From IMG/VR virus record IMGVR_UViG_3300017824_001452: a stretch of 64,000 bases of DNA. The stretch is one strand, 5' to 3'. This DNA is from a virus. Shown here piece after piece: positions 38,105-48,439 of the stretch; the first letter of the stretch is position 1, and each line of letters begins with the position of its first letter. A model generated the notes under the pieces. It was given only the letters and a program-made list of their open reading frames with translations. It was not told the origin of the DNA and ran no database searches. The position numbers and the translations under genes are program-made.

Positions 38105-38493
38105 TAAGGTCGTTTTACTAAAGTAATCGATTTTCTTTTAACTCTTTTCTTTTGGAAGTCAGTCATTGACACAATCGGTCCATGCAACAATGTTAATGAC
38201 TTATTATTGAATGTTCTTAAGAAAGGTTTAAACATTGCCCACTCTTGCTTAAGAAATAAATGAATTGGTATTTGACGATTTGATTCCCACCACCAAACAT
38301 CTCCTAATTCTAAAAACTTTAGTCTTTTTTCAGGATCAACTATTGCACCATAGTCATAGATAGTTGTAACAAGATCATCACGGTTTTGAACAATGCCCAC
38401 AAAGTCTTGTCCGGCATATTGTAACACCGAAATAAACGGGTGAGTCTCTGTCAATTTGACAAAAAAGTCGATGGGTTTCTTTGAATCTGTCAT
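38101..38493 (-). CDS. Conserved hypothetical phage protein
   Basis: 130 aa, 'WWWESNRQIPI'; minus-strand ACTAAATA at 38504-38511. Confidence 0.75.
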   Translation of the reverse strand: MTDSKKPIDFFVKLTETHPFISVLQYAGQDFVGIVQNRDDLVTTIYDYGAIVDPEKRLKFLELGDVWWWESNRQIPIHLFLKQEWAMFKPFLRTFNNKSLTLLHGPIVSMTDFQKKRVKRKSITLVKRPY

Positions 38494-38585
38494 GTCTGTA
38501 AAGTATTTAGTACGATGAAAAAAATGGTCAAATTTCTTGGTAAACGCACCTAAAGATAAATATATTCTATAGGAGATTAAAATTT

Positions 38586-39386
38586 GTGTCTTACACTACA
38601 TCAGTATATACTTATACAGTCAGACAAATCGTTGTGGTTTTGTCAGGCACAAGCCCGAGGAAATATATGCCAGTTTATTCAAAACCATTAACCTTAAATA
38701 AAGGTGTCGATAATCAATTACAGTTTCAGTTTCTAAATCAGGAACAAAAGCCTGTTGACTTGTCATATATTGCAACTGAAAGTCAACAAATATCATTTAG
38801 AGCCATCAACTCAGATGGTACCGAAATCCTTTTCAGAAAGGCATTGACACCTGTACTTGATGTCAACGGTATATTTCAATTAAACACAACAGCGGCTGAA
38901 ATTGAAGATATTGAATCGCAAAAATGTTTTTATTCATTAGAATGGCCAAGTGGTAATCTTAATTTACCTGTCTTTGTAGATTCTAAAGCAGGTGCTAGAG
39001 GTGATTTAAATATTGTTGACTCAATACTACCTTCGTTTGTACCATCACAGAACGTAACAATACCAAACGATCAACCATTTCCTAATGCAAATGCTAATGC
39101 AAATTCAGAAGCAGTAACATTTTATTCAAGTATTATCAACACGCAAGATAATCCTGTATTAACTACTTCAATCGACTATGCAAATTATGTAGGCAATGTC
39201 ACTATTCAAGGATCAACTTTAGTTGATGCAAACTTTTATGATATTGAAACACACACATATGGTAATGCAGAAACAGGCGAGAGTGAATCTAGGACTATAG
39301 GTTATACAATCGACGGCTATCATCCATTCGTAAAGGTTAAATTTGAATCTAATGTGGGTAACATAGTTACTATTTTGGCTAGATAA
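38586..39386 (+). CDS. Putative virion structural protein (BppU-like N-terminal domain)
   Basis: 'L.KGVDNQLQFQFLNQEQKPVDL'; beta-rich; late promoter GATAAATA at 38555-38562. Confidence 0.6.
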   Translation: MSYTTSVYTYTVRQIVVVLSGTSPRKYMPVYSKPLTLNKGVDNQLQFQFLNQEQKPVDLSYIATESQQISFRAINSDGTEILFRKALTPVLDVNGIFQLNTTAAEIEDIESQKCFYSLEWPSGNLNLPVFVDSKAGARGDLNIVDSILPSFVPSQNVTIPNDQPFPNANANANSEAVTFYSSIINTQDNPVLTTSIDYANYVGNVTIQGSTLVDANFYDIETHTYGNAETGESESRTIGYTIDGYHPFVKVKFESNVGNIVTILAR

Positions 39387-39400
39387 GTTACCCTGTTTAC

Positions 39401-39429
39401 TTGTTTTAACTCTTATTTTCGTCTATAAT
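39401..39429 (+). promoter_or_regulatory. sigma70 promoter for primase-helicase
   Basis: TTGTTT-17-TATAAT; ATG 7 nt downstream. Confidence 0.6.
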
Positions 39430-39436
39430 ATCAGAT

Positions 39437-40411
39437 ATGTTTGATATACTTACGATTGTCCCAGGCAAAAAGAAGCAGACGCAGAGTGGATGGACTTCAT
39501 TCAATGCGCCTTGTTGCCATCACAATGGACATAACCCTGACAAAAGAATGCGAGGGGGAATTAAAGCAGACGGTGATGATTGGAACTATCATTGTTTTAA
39601 TTGTGGCTTTAAGTGCGGTTTCAAACTAGGCAGAGCAATTAGTAAACGCACACGTAACTTTTTATCATGGTGTAATATGCCAGACCAAGATATTAATAAA
39701 TGGTCGTTGCATTCTATTCAACACAAAGATTTGATAGATTCTATCCTACACAAAAAGAAACAACAGAAGTTACCTACGTTTAAAGAAAAGCCAATGCCAG
39801 AAGGTGAGTTGATTTATACTGCTAATAAAGATCATCAAGTGTACATTGACTACTTGAACAAAAGAGGATTACAACACAACGACTATCCTTTTATGGTTAA
39901 TCCCAATGCAGAGGGAAGACAATCGCAGGGTATAATTATCCCTTACACATATGAAAACAAAGTTGTAGGTAGTACAATAAGATTTATGGACGATAGAAAT
40001 CCTAAGTTCATAAATGATCAACAACAAGGATATGTATTTGGTACTGATTTACAAAAAGATAGTTGGGAAGTCGTATTAGTTTTTGAAGGTATTTTTGATG
40101 CTATCTCAATGAACGGTTTAGCACTGACACATGACACAATTAATGACAATCAAGTTGCTGTCATTAACAAATTGGGTAAACGTGTTATTGTTGTTCCTGA
40201 TCAGGATAAAACAGGTTTAAGTATATGTGAAAGAGCATTAGAACTAGGTTTTGATGTGTCTTTACCTAACTGGTCAGAAGATATTAAAGATGCAAATGAT
40301 GCTGTAATTAAATATGGTCGTCTGAATACTCTACTAAGTATATTAGACTCCGCAACAAACAGCAAAATTAAAGTAGAAGTTATGAGGAATAAAATTGCTA
40401 AAAGAATTTAA
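39437..40411 (+). CDS. DNA primase (gp61-like)
   Basis: Zn ribbon 'PCC..CFNC', 'YL..RG', TOPRIM 'EGIFDA', 'PDQDKTG', 'KDAND'. Confidence 0.88.
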   Translation: MFDILTIVPGKKKQTQSGWTSFNAPCCHHNGHNPDKRMRGGIKADGDDWNYHCFNCGFKCGFKLGRAISKRTRNFLSWCNMPDQDINKWSLHSIQHKDLIDSILHKKKQQKLPTFKEKPMPEGELIYTANKDHQVYIDYLNKRGLQHNDYPFMVNPNAEGRQSQGIIIPYTYENKVVGSTIRFMDDRNPKFINDQQQGYVFGTDLQKDSWEVVLVFEGIFDAISMNGLALTHDTINDNQVAVINKLGKRVIVVPDQDKTGLSICERALELGFDVSLPNWSEDIKDANDAVIKYGRLNTLLSILDSATNSKIKVEVMRNKIAKRI

Positions 40412-41810
40412 CGTAGAAGTACAAGAATTATTCTTGCGAATGATGATAACAAATGCAGAGTTGTTTGTTAGGGTCAATAATATCTTTAACGCAGAAAACT
40501 TTGATAGAAGATTAAGACCTGTCGCAGAGTTTATGAGAGAACATTCAGAGCAATATAAGGTATTGCCTGACTCTACGCAAATCAAAGCAACAACAGGAGA
40601 AACAATCGACACAGTTGATGAATTAGACGATGGTCATTACGAATGGTTTATGACTGAGTTTGAATCGTTTACTCGCAGACAAGAATTAGAAAGAGCAATC
40701 ATGTCATCAGCAGACTTGTTAGAGAAAGGTGATTATGATCCTGTTGAAAAGTTAATTAAAGATGCAGTACAAATATCATTACAAAGAGACTTAGGTATCG
40801 ATTACTTTGAAGATCCTAGGGCTCGTCTTATGCATCTTAAATCTAGCAACGGTCAAGTATCATGTGGTTGGCCCTGCTTAGATCAAAAACTCTATGGTGG
40901 TTTTAATAAAGGTGAACTGCAAATCTTTGCTGGGGGTTCGGGTTCAGGTAAATCATTGTTCATGCAAAATCTATCAGTCAATTGGGTAGAGCAAGGCTTA
41001 TCAGGCGTGTACATCACACTAGAATTGAGTGAAGAACTATCAGCAATGCGTATCGATTCTATGTTGACTGATACAAAGTCTAAGGAAGTATTTAAAGACT
41101 TAGACAATGTTGAAATGAAAGTTAAGATGAAACAAAAAGCCGCAGGTAACTTTAGAATTAAATATATGCCTGCTCAATCTACAGTAAATGATTTGAGAGC
41201 ATATGTCAAAGAATTACAAATACAAACAGGTATGAAACTAGACTTTATGTGCGTTGACTATTTGGATTTGTTAATGCCAGTAAGTGCTAAAGTAAGTCCT
41301 AGTGACTTGTTTGTTAAAGACAAATATGTATCAGAAGAATTACGTAACTTGGCGAAAGAGTTTGATTTAGTATTCGTAACTGCATCACAGTTAAACAGAA
41401 GTTCAGTTGATGAAATTGAATTTGATCACAGTCATATCTCAGGTGGTATATCAAAAATCAATACAGCAGACAATGTGTTTGGTATCTTTACATCACGTAG
41501 CATGAGAGAACGTGGTCAGTATCAAATTCAGTTAATGAAGACAAGATCAAGTTCAGGGGTAGGACAAAAAGTAGAATTAGCATTCGATATAGAAACATTG
41601 CGTATTACAGACCCAGGAACTAATGCACCAACGCATAACACATCACAACCATCTGCACAATCTATCATGGATAAGTTTAAAACAACATCACAAGTAGGGC
41701 AGACTAATGAAATAGTAGAAAATCAAGTAGAGCCCGAGCAAAAACGAGTAAATGGTGATGTACAAAGTACAAAATTAAAATCATTATTGAATACTTTGAA
41801 AGACAAATAA
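40395..41810 (+). CDS. Replicative DnaB-like helicase (gp41-like)
   Basis: GGSGSGKS, 'ITLEL', 'VDYLDL', 'TASQLNR', 'K.R'. Confidence 0.92.
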   Translation: MLKEFNVEVQELFLRMMITNAELFVRVNNIFNAENFDRRLRPVAEFMREHSEQYKVLPDSTQIKATTGETIDTVDELDDGHYEWFMTEFESFTRRQELERAIMSSADLLEKGDYDPVEKLIKDAVQISLQRDLGIDYFEDPRARLMHLKSSNGQVSCGWPCLDQKLYGGFNKGELQIFAGGSGSGKSLFMQNLSVNWVEQGLSGVYITLELSEELSAMRIDSMLTDTKSKEVFKDLDNVEMKVKMKQKAAGNFRIKYMPAQSTVNDLRAYVKELQIQTGMKLDFMCVDYLDLLMPVSAKVSPSDLFVKDKYVSEELRNLAKEFDLVFVTASQLNRSSVDEIEFDHSHISGGISKINTADNVFGIFTSRSMRERGQYQIQLMKTRSSSGVGQKVELAFDIETLRITDPGTNAPTHNTSQPSAQSIMDKFKTTSQVGQTNEIVENQVEPEQKRVNGDVQSTKLKSLLNTLKDK

Positions 41811-41858
41811 TATCCAAAATGGTCACGATTGACTAAATAGTAGTAAGGAATTATACTT

Positions 41859-42101
41859 ATGCAGAAAAAAACTAAAAGCCTTTTAGAAGAACTAGAAAAT
41901 TTTGGTAGCAACCGAGATATCCCACATATTGTAGAGTCTCGTGGCAACAATATTATTACTAGTGCGGTCAATTTAATTGAATTCATTCAACGTAATTACG
42001 ATGATGTTCAGGCTGAACAGTTAGAAAAGAAACTGCTAAGTGCTATCCGAGGTAGAGACAAAACTCGTTTTTCAAAGACGATTAAAAAGTATCAAGGGTA
42101 A
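41859..42101 (+). CDS. Conserved hypothetical late protein
   Basis: 80 aa; ACTAAATA at 41832-41839; RBS aagga. Confidence 0.75.
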   Translation: MQKKTKSLLEELENFGSNRDIPHIVESRGNNIITSAVNLIEFIQRNYDDVQAEQLEKKLLSAIRGRDKTRFSKTIKKYQG

Positions 42102-42107
42102 GTATCA

Positions 42108-43349
42108 ATGAAGTTTGATGAAGTCATTATCAAAGAAAATAAATTAGGCGACTGGATGTTTGGAGACAAACGATACCGCGGTCAGGGCGGCATGGGCGGT
42201 ACAGGAGGCCCTACAGTAAAAGCACCTAGTTTAGGACTTAAAGGTGGACTAACAAAACAAGATAAATTAGCATACAAATTATTTGTAAGAGACTTTGTTA
42301 GTGATGCATTGAGTACAATCGATTCAGGTCTTAGAGCAGGATTAATTAATCCGCCTTTAGGTCCAGGATCAGTCACTGGTGATGATCCAAATAATCCAGA
42401 CTCTCAAGGAAATATGGATCCGGACAACAAACAACGTTTAATGCCTGGCTTCCAAGAAAAAATGAGAAGAATGTTTAATCCTAAAATGAAAGGACATGAA
42501 AAGTACGGTGAGTACAAACCTGATACATCAGATTTCGGTAAAGAAACAGACGGCTTTAACAAGCCTAAAGTACCTACTAAACGTAAAATGAAATGGCAAC
42601 AACACAGTATCAAAGATTTAATTGATAAAGGTTTGACTACACAAGAAATTAGGAGAGCATACCCTGGTTGGAACGGTAATCTTAATGAGTGGGTTAAATT
42701 TGTCGAAATGAATATGATCTTAGAAAGTATCATAGACGAACAAGCACATGAAACAGATGTAGAAGCCGCAGGTGGTAGACTACTTAGTGTTTTTATGAAA
42801 GACTGGTTTGGTCAGTGGATGCAAAATGTTGATTATACCAAAAGTAAAGATGTATTATATCAAATCATTGATAACTTAGAACATGTGTATAACAATTCAA
42901 AGAATCCATCTAAGCCAAACATTGATAGAGATATTTTAACTCAGTTAGCCGACGGTGCTTGGGCGGCAACTTCTACAGTAGGTGTTACACCCGTAGGAGC
43001 AAAGAATGCACAAGGTGCAGAAGTAATACAAAAATCAGTACAAGCCCAAGGTGCAAAAGAACCTGAATTAAAATCAAAAGAAACACCAATGAAGCCCGTA
43101 CAGATACCTGCAGGCATAGCAATTAAAGATGCAGGCGGAACAGAATATTTTTATAACGGAGAACAGTGGACTGATTCTAGTGGTAATGCGTTGTCAGCAG
43201 AAGAACAGCAAAAGTATTCAAAAATGTATGCGATGGATCCTAAAACCTTCTATAAAACAGAACTTGCACCACAAAAGAAATCTGTTAAAGAATCTAAAAC
43301 TCAATCAGCAATTAGAGCAGAAAAAATACCATCACTGAAAACGAGGTAA
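42108..43349 (+). CDS. Putative head internal protein
   Basis: MKFDEVIIKE leader; internal LNE/ILE/VKE sites. Confidence 0.55.
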   Translation: MKFDEVIIKENKLGDWMFGDKRYRGQGGMGGTGGPTVKAPSLGLKGGLTKQDKLAYKLFVRDFVSDALSTIDSGLRAGLINPPLGPGSVTGDDPNNPDSQGNMDPDNKQRLMPGFQEKMRRMFNPKMKGHEKYGEYKPDTSDFGKETDGFNKPKVPTKRKMKWQQHSIKDLIDKGLTTQEIRRAYPGWNGNLNEWVKFVEMNMILESIIDEQAHETDVEAAGGRLLSVFMKDWFGQWMQNVDYTKSKDVLYQIIDNLEHVYNNSKNPSKPNIDRDILTQLADGAWAATSTVGVTPVGAKNAQGAEVIQKSVQAQGAKEPELKSKETPMKPVQIPAGIAIKDAGGTEYFYNGEQWTDSSGNALSAEEQQKYSKMYAMDPKTFYKTELAPQKKSVKESKTQSAIRAEKIPSLKTR

Positions 43350-43351
43350 CA

Positions 43352-44500
43352 ATGAACCTCAGTGAATCATTATCTAATACTTTACGTACATTAGAAAAAA
43401 TCAACTTAGTCGAAGCAAAGGGACACTTAGATCACCCAGAAGATTTAGTGTTCTTAGGCGATGTTGAGGGTGCTAGACAAGCAATTAGTGCAATAGAACA
43501 AACAATCGCACAACCGGGTACAATCACAATTAAGTGGGACGGCTATCCCGCTCTTATCTTTGGACGTAATAAAGAAGGTAGATTCTCTATTATGGACAAA
43601 CATATGTTCAATAAGAAAGACGGTACAGGAAGACAAGTGTTTTCTCCCCAAGAGTTTAGACAGTATGATAAGAATAGAGGTGTTGATCGAGGAGACTTGT
43701 ATCAGTTGATTGATGATATATGGCCTGGATTAGAAAAAGCAGATAGAGGATCATTAGGTTATTATTGGGGAGACTTATTGTTTGCAAAACCATTAGAAGA
43801 CCAAGACGGATACTACTCATTTAAAATGAATCCAAATGGTATTGCATACAAAGTAAAAGCAGATAGTGAAGTTGGTCACATGCTAAAAGGAAAAACAGCA
43901 GGAGTAGGTGTGCATACATTTATTCCAGTTAACGCACAAACTACAGATGAGTCATCATCACTAGACGGTACGATAGGTAACTTACATAACAATAGTGATG
44001 TAGCAATTGTACCTAGCAAGATGCCCATTACACCAAAGATTAAAATGCCCACGAAATTGAAATCACAAGCAGAAGCAGAAATTGCTCAACACGGTGATGC
44101 TGTTCGTATCTTAATGAATTCAGCGCCACAGGCACGTACTGCATTTAATTCTTTGTTTACTGTATTCATTAATAAAAAGATTGTTGCCAAAGACCTGTCA
44201 AATTTGTATAATGATTTTATTCAGTTTGTTGAGCAACGTCCAATGACTGACTCAATGCGTACTAAAATTACTAATCACTTCAATGCTCACAAGGACGGTG
44301 TTATGGGTGCATTTAAGATTTGGATTGCATTGTATAATCTAAAACAGAACATCGTAGATCAATTAGACAAAGCCGCAGAGGCTAGTCCTGTTAAAGGATA
44401 CTTAGATGATGGCAGTGAAACACACGAAGGTTTCGTTGCTAATGGACTCAAGTTTGTCAATAGAATGGGCTTTTCTGCTCAAAATCTCGCCGCAAAGTAA
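43352..44500 (+). CDS. DUF6267-like protein with ligase-type KxDG motif
   Basis: 'HLDHPEDL', 'TIKWDGYPA..FG', C-terminal 'EGFV...K.V.R..FS..N'; N-terminal 'LVE' leader. Confidence 0.65.
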   Translation: MNLSESLSNTLRTLEKINLVEAKGHLDHPEDLVFLGDVEGARQAISAIEQTIAQPGTITIKWDGYPALIFGRNKEGRFSIMDKHMFNKKDGTGRQVFSPQEFRQYDKNRGVDRGDLYQLIDDIWPGLEKADRGSLGYYWGDLLFAKPLEDQDGYYSFKMNPNGIAYKVKADSEVGHMLKGKTAGVGVHTFIPVNAQTTDESSSLDGTIGNLHNNSDVAIVPSKMPITPKIKMPTKLKSQAEAEIAQHGDAVRILMNSAPQARTAFNSLFTVFINKKIVAKDLSNLYNDFIQFVEQRPMTDSMRTKITNHFNAHKDGVMGAFKIWIALYNLKQNIVDQLDKAAEASPVKGYLDDGSETHEGFVANGLKFVNRMGFSAQNLAAK

Positions 44501-44611
44501 TAATATCACCGCATTTTTTCATAATCGGAATAAATAATAGTATGAACCTCACGGTGAGGGACAACAAACTATACAGGCTCGGAACGAGTCTTTAAATTAA
44601 GGAAAAGAAAA

Positions 44612-44983
44612 ATGGCACAATTTACAAGAGCAAATGGTGACTTTTATCCAGTATTACGTTTAGACGCAACTGGATATTCAAACCCGGGTGTTAACGCAGT
44701 TTCAAGCGGTTCAACAGTTCAGCCTCAAGGGCCGAAGTTAGACTTCTTCAACATTGAGTTAGCAGACATCGCGGCAAACACAACTTTAGCAAACATCGCA
44801 ATGTTAACAATTCAGCAGAAAGCAATTGTTTACATTTACGAGTTCACTAACGATGCAACTGATGATCTTTCAATCGCAGTATATCCTACTGGCGCTTGGG
44901 ACGCAACTACTTTAGCATCTGCTATCGATACAGCAACTGGTGGAACATCAACAGTTGTAGCATCAGCAACATTCACTAACTAA
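44612..44983 (+). CDS. Putative abundant small virion protein (decoration-like)
   Basis: Own late promoter (44529-44536), hairpin leader, RBS and terminator; Ala/Thr-rich. Confidence 0.6.
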   Translation: MAQFTRANGDFYPVLRLDATGYSNPGVNAVSSGSTVQPQGPKLDFFNIELADIAANTTLANIAMLTIQQKAIVYIYEFTNDATDDLSIAVYPTGAWDATTLASAIDTATGGTSTVVASATFTN

Positions 44984-45001
44984 GTTTTTAGTTAAAGAAT
45001 T

Positions 45002-45032
45002 AAAAAGCCTCTTTTATTAGAGGCTTTTTTTT
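45002..45032 (+). terminator. Intrinsic (possibly bidirectional) terminator
   Basis: aaaaagcctct-tttatt-agaggc followed by a T run. Confidence 0.85.
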
Positions 45033-45049
45033 GGCTACTAAATACAACT

Positions 45050-45490
45050 ATGAAAACCATAACTTGCTTCACATTGTTTGACATTACTCATACTAATGTT
45101 CTCAACAGATCAAAGCCTGTTGGGGACAACCATACGTTATGGCAAGTTCAAAGAAATTCACAAGCAAACTTTGATACTATATTGCAATGCATAAGTTTGC
45201 GAGGCAACCCAGAAATATTACATTATCCTCATCGTATAGAGGACAACACAGAAAATTCTTCATTTGGATTTTTAATAGACAAAAGCATACAAGATTTTCA
45301 TTATTGGAAATTTGATTTTAAAGTACAAAACAATTCGGTGTTTGATGATGACATAGGACCTTTAGGCTTTCTTGTAAAAGACTGCCATGAAATACCTATG
45401 ATTAAATGCGGTACAGAAAGTGTAGACTTACCTGACTTTTTAGATACTACACCTGAATTGAATAATATATACTTTATGGAGAACGTATGA
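45050..45490 (+). CDS. Conserved hypothetical late protein
   Basis: 'C.TLFDIT.T...R..Q.NF.T..Q.ISLR'; ACTAAATA-N5-ATG. Confidence 0.7.
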   Translation: MKTITCFTLFDITHTNVLNRSKPVGDNHTLWQVQRNSQANFDTILQCISLRGNPEILHYPHRIEDNTENSSFGFLIDKSIQDFHYWKFDFKVQNNSVFDDDIGPLGFLVKDCHEIPMIKCGTESVDLPDFLDTTPELNNIYFMENV

Positions 45491-46047
45491 AAAAGAAGAT
45501 AAATGCAGAAGAAACTCGCAACAAAATTAAACAGATGTTTAAAGGAGAACTAATTAGAGAATTAAAAAATCTTTATATTAGTAACGACAGGTCTGGTATC
45601 AAAGCCTTTGGCAAATACAGAATACGAAAAGATCAAGGCAGTCACTTGTACAAAGTATCATGCAATGATTGGGAAGAATCATATGAATTTATAAATGCAA
45701 GAAATGCAATGGCATACTGCGTATTTTCTCACAATCGTAATACTGAAAGGGCAAAAGAAGTTTATAGCCTAGATGGCAAAATGGCATCCATCAATTTAGA
45801 CATTGCAGTTCATACTAGAGGTTACAAAAGTACAACAAAGGATTTAGATCATAGATTAATACAGTTAACTAAATTACAGGATGATTTAGGTCGCAAGAAA
45901 CAAATTGTGTATAACTTAGAAAGACTAATAAATACATCTAAAGAACAACAACGTAGAATTTTTGAGGAACACAAAAAAAATCGGTTTAAAAAACCCAGAA
46001 ATTCTACGGAACAAGATAAATACAATATATCTACGACAGATTACTAG
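45487..46047 (+). CDS. Hypothetical phage protein
   Basis: 186-aa ORF, ATGA coupling. Confidence 0.7.
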   Translation: MKKKINAEETRNKIKQMFKGELIRELKNLYISNDRSGIKAFGKYRIRKDQGSHLYKVSCNDWEESYEFINARNAMAYCVFSHNRNTERAKEVYSLDGKMASINLDIAVHTRGYKSTTKDLDHRLIQLTKLQDDLGRKKQIVYNLERLINTSKEQQRRIFEEHKKNRFKKPRNSTEQDKYNISTTDY

Positions 46048-46056
46048 GAATTTAAT

Positions 46057-46794
46057 ATGAAACTTAATGATTTAAACACACAAGAAGTTGCAGTCAAGGC
46101 TTTGAAAGAAAACTTTGAAGTTGATTTTAACGTCAAGGGCTTGAACAAAATCCAGACTCAAACTATGCATAATAAAGTAAAGGGTTTAATTGCTGAAGCA
46201 AAAGAATCTCAGAACTTTGGTGCTGAATATCCAGCATATATGAAGTTAGTGTTTGTAGAGCAGGCTCTCAGAGAGCATTACAAAATTGCTCCTGAAGCAC
46301 CTAGAACTAAAATCATTACAGAAAATGAAGAAGTTAATAGATCACAAGTAATCTTAGCCGCACAAGACATGGTTGATTCTGTACAGAAAATGTTAGAAGA
46401 AGTTTCAGATATGTTAGTCAAAGAAATGCCTGCATTAGTAGATTCTGTGCAAACAGAAATCGGTGTTAACGAAGCACAAGCATTTGATCAAACAGCAGGA
46501 CAAGGTCTTGCAGAATTAAATCAGTGTTTAGTATCTGTTAAAGGTCAACTTGATCAAGCATTAGCAGGTATTACAGGTGGAAATGTTGTAGATGCATTTG
46601 ACGGTGACGTAGACTCAGGTTTAGGTGACGGAGAAGTTGGTGTTGACAGTATGGATGTTTCTGATCCTGTAATGAACGTAACAGGTGATGAAGGAACTGA
46701 CGTAGTAGACGTTAATGCTCCAGAAGTCGTCGGCGATGTCGAAGACGTAAACGTAGACGTATCAACAGGACCAGTCGGTAGAGCAAAAAGGTAA
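46057..46794 (+). CDS. Putative prohead core/scaffold-like protein
   Basis: Helical core, LKE/ITE sites, very acidic tail ending 'GRAKR'; GATAAATA at 46015-46022. Confidence 0.5.
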   Translation: MKLNDLNTQEVAVKALKENFEVDFNVKGLNKIQTQTMHNKVKGLIAEAKESQNFGAEYPAYMKLVFVEQALREHYKIAPEAPRTKIITENEEVNRSQVILAAQDMVDSVQKMLEEVSDMLVKEMPALVDSVQTEIGVNEAQAFDQTAGQGLAELNQCLVSVKGQLDQALAGITGGNVVDAFDGDVDSGLGDGEVGVDSMDVSDPVMNVTGDEGTDVVDVNAPEVVGDVEDVNVDVSTGPVGRAKR

Positions 46795-46799
46795 AGCAC

Positions 46800-47171
46800 A
46801 TGAGGCTTTACGAGTTTGTTGATGCTCAGGATAGCAACGCAATGGCAGCCAGTATCGTGGCTGTTTCCAATCAACTAAAACAACATGTAGAAGATGGGTC
46901 CATTGATCCTGATAACTTTACAGTTGATCAACTGCTAGACACATTCCAAGACAATGACATTATACTTGACGTACAAGACTTGTACAAAATGATGGAAAAG
47001 CCTCTTTTAAAAAGTGTCATTTCAAATATTCAGGGAGATAAAGTAGTATTCAAAGGACACGAACCTGTTAACATTGAACCTGGAAAAGACAAAGAATCTG
47101 ATAGTGAAAAAACCGTTGATAAAATGGCAAAGTCTGCTATGAAAAAAGATCGCGGCGCCTTTAAAATATAA
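46800..47171 (+). CDS. Putative head internal protein
   Basis: MRLYEF leader; C-terminal 'V.KMAK.A'. Confidence 0.55.
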   Translation: MRLYEFVDAQDSNAMAASIVAVSNQLKQHVEDGSIDPDNFTVDQLLDTFQDNDIILDVQDLYKMMEKPLLKSVISNIQGDKVVFKGHEPVNIEPGKDKESDSEKTVDKMAKSAMKKDRGAFKI

Positions 47172-47237
47172 ACCCAATCCACTTTACACGTAATATAAAT
47201 TACTTTATAATAACATATTGAGGTGTTAAATACAAGT

Positions 47238-47555
47238 ATGGAAGTTACAGACATTGCAAAAGATAAAATTAAAGCCCATTTAGAAAAACGCGGCAAAGGC
47301 GTTGGTATTCGTATAGGCATAGAAACTACAGGGTGTAGTGGATATGCTTACAAACTTGAATATGCAGATAATATTAACGAAGAAGATATTATCAATGAAT
47401 ATGATGGGTTTTCAATATTAATTGATCCTAAGGCTAACACTATACTTGAAGGAATCACAGTAGACTATCAAAAACAAGGATTAAATGAAGGTTTTGAATT
47501 TATTAATCCGTTAGAAAAGGCACGTTGTGGTTGTGGAGAGAGTTTTACGATTTGA
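47238..47555 (+). CDS. iscA: A-type Fe-S cluster carrier IscA (HesB family)
   Basis: 'GIRIGI.TTGCSGY.Y.L', 'DY...GL.EGF.F.NP', CGCGESF; likely start ATG 47238 (track start 47223). Confidence 0.92.
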   Translation: MEVTDIAKDKIKAHLEKRGKGVGIRIGIETTGCSGYAYKLEYADNINEEDIINEYDGFSILIDPKANTILEGITVDYQKQGLNEGFEFINPLEKARCGCGESFTI

Positions 47556-48439
47556 ATTTAAAAATATCACACTTAGTCGTTAACGGCTGTAGTTATACAT
47601 ATGGACACGGAATAGCAGATCCAATCAATGATTGTTGGGCTTCTATCATTGCAAAACGTTTAGGAGTTCCGCTAGTTAATCTTGCTCTACCCGGACAGGG
47701 AAATCAAGCAGTCTTTCGTAGAACGATGCAATACTTTTACAAAGACCTTTTGCATGACAACAATCCTTTCTATATACATGCATATACTCAATCATCACGT
47801 AGAGAATGTTACTTGGCAGATGCCTATGCCGGCGCGCCTCCCCATCATTTTCATATTGTTGATGGTTACGGAACTCACTCTCAGTTAGAAAAAGAAATAA
47901 TTTTAAACTCTGATGATCACTATTATTGTTTAATGGAACAAGATAAATTACATCGTTGGACAAGTATTAATAGTTTATTAGATACAAACAATATACCTCA
48001 TCTTATGAGTGATTATATGCCAAATACTTCAGCGGTAGTACAAGATTTTATAGAACGTTACGAGACAATTTTGATAAATGAATTAGAATTACACTCTGGC
48101 AAATTAAGAAATTTTAATGAAGTTACACAAGATTTTGACAAGACGCCTTGTTTACATGAAACAGTAGAAGGACATAAACATCTTGCAGATTATGTTTGGA
48201 AAGAAATAGAAAAACGTTATGATGAAATCGAAGTGATTGACTGCAACCATGCTAAGTTACATGATATACTAATACATACTCCAGAAACGGAAAAAGATGT
48301 ACAATATAACCATACTAATACTATAAATTTTTATCCACTTGAATTTTGTAGAAACGTATATTACTTCCATGAATTAGGATTAGATTATTTAAATAAAAAC
48401 TGGGCAGGCAAACCAGAAACAGATCATATGAGGCCATAA
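47552..48439 (+). CDS. SGNH hydrolase-like protein
   Basis: 'NGCSYTYG', 'NLALPGQGN', C-terminal 'LHET..GH'; likely TTG start at 47552. Confidence 0.65.
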   Translation: MNLKISHLVVNGCSYTYGHGIADPINDCWASIIAKRLGVPLVNLALPGQGNQAVFRRTMQYFYKDLLHDNNPFYIHAYTQSSRRECYLADAYAGAPPHHFHIVDGYGTHSQLEKEIILNSDDHYYCLMEQDKLHRWTSINSLLDTNNIPHLMSDYMPNTSAVVQDFIERYETILINELELHSGKLRNFNEVTQDFDKTPCLHETVEGHKHLADYVWKEIEKRYDEIEVIDCNHAKLHDILIHTPETEKDVQYNHTNTINFYPLEFCRNVYYFHELGLDYLNKNWAGKPETDHMRP

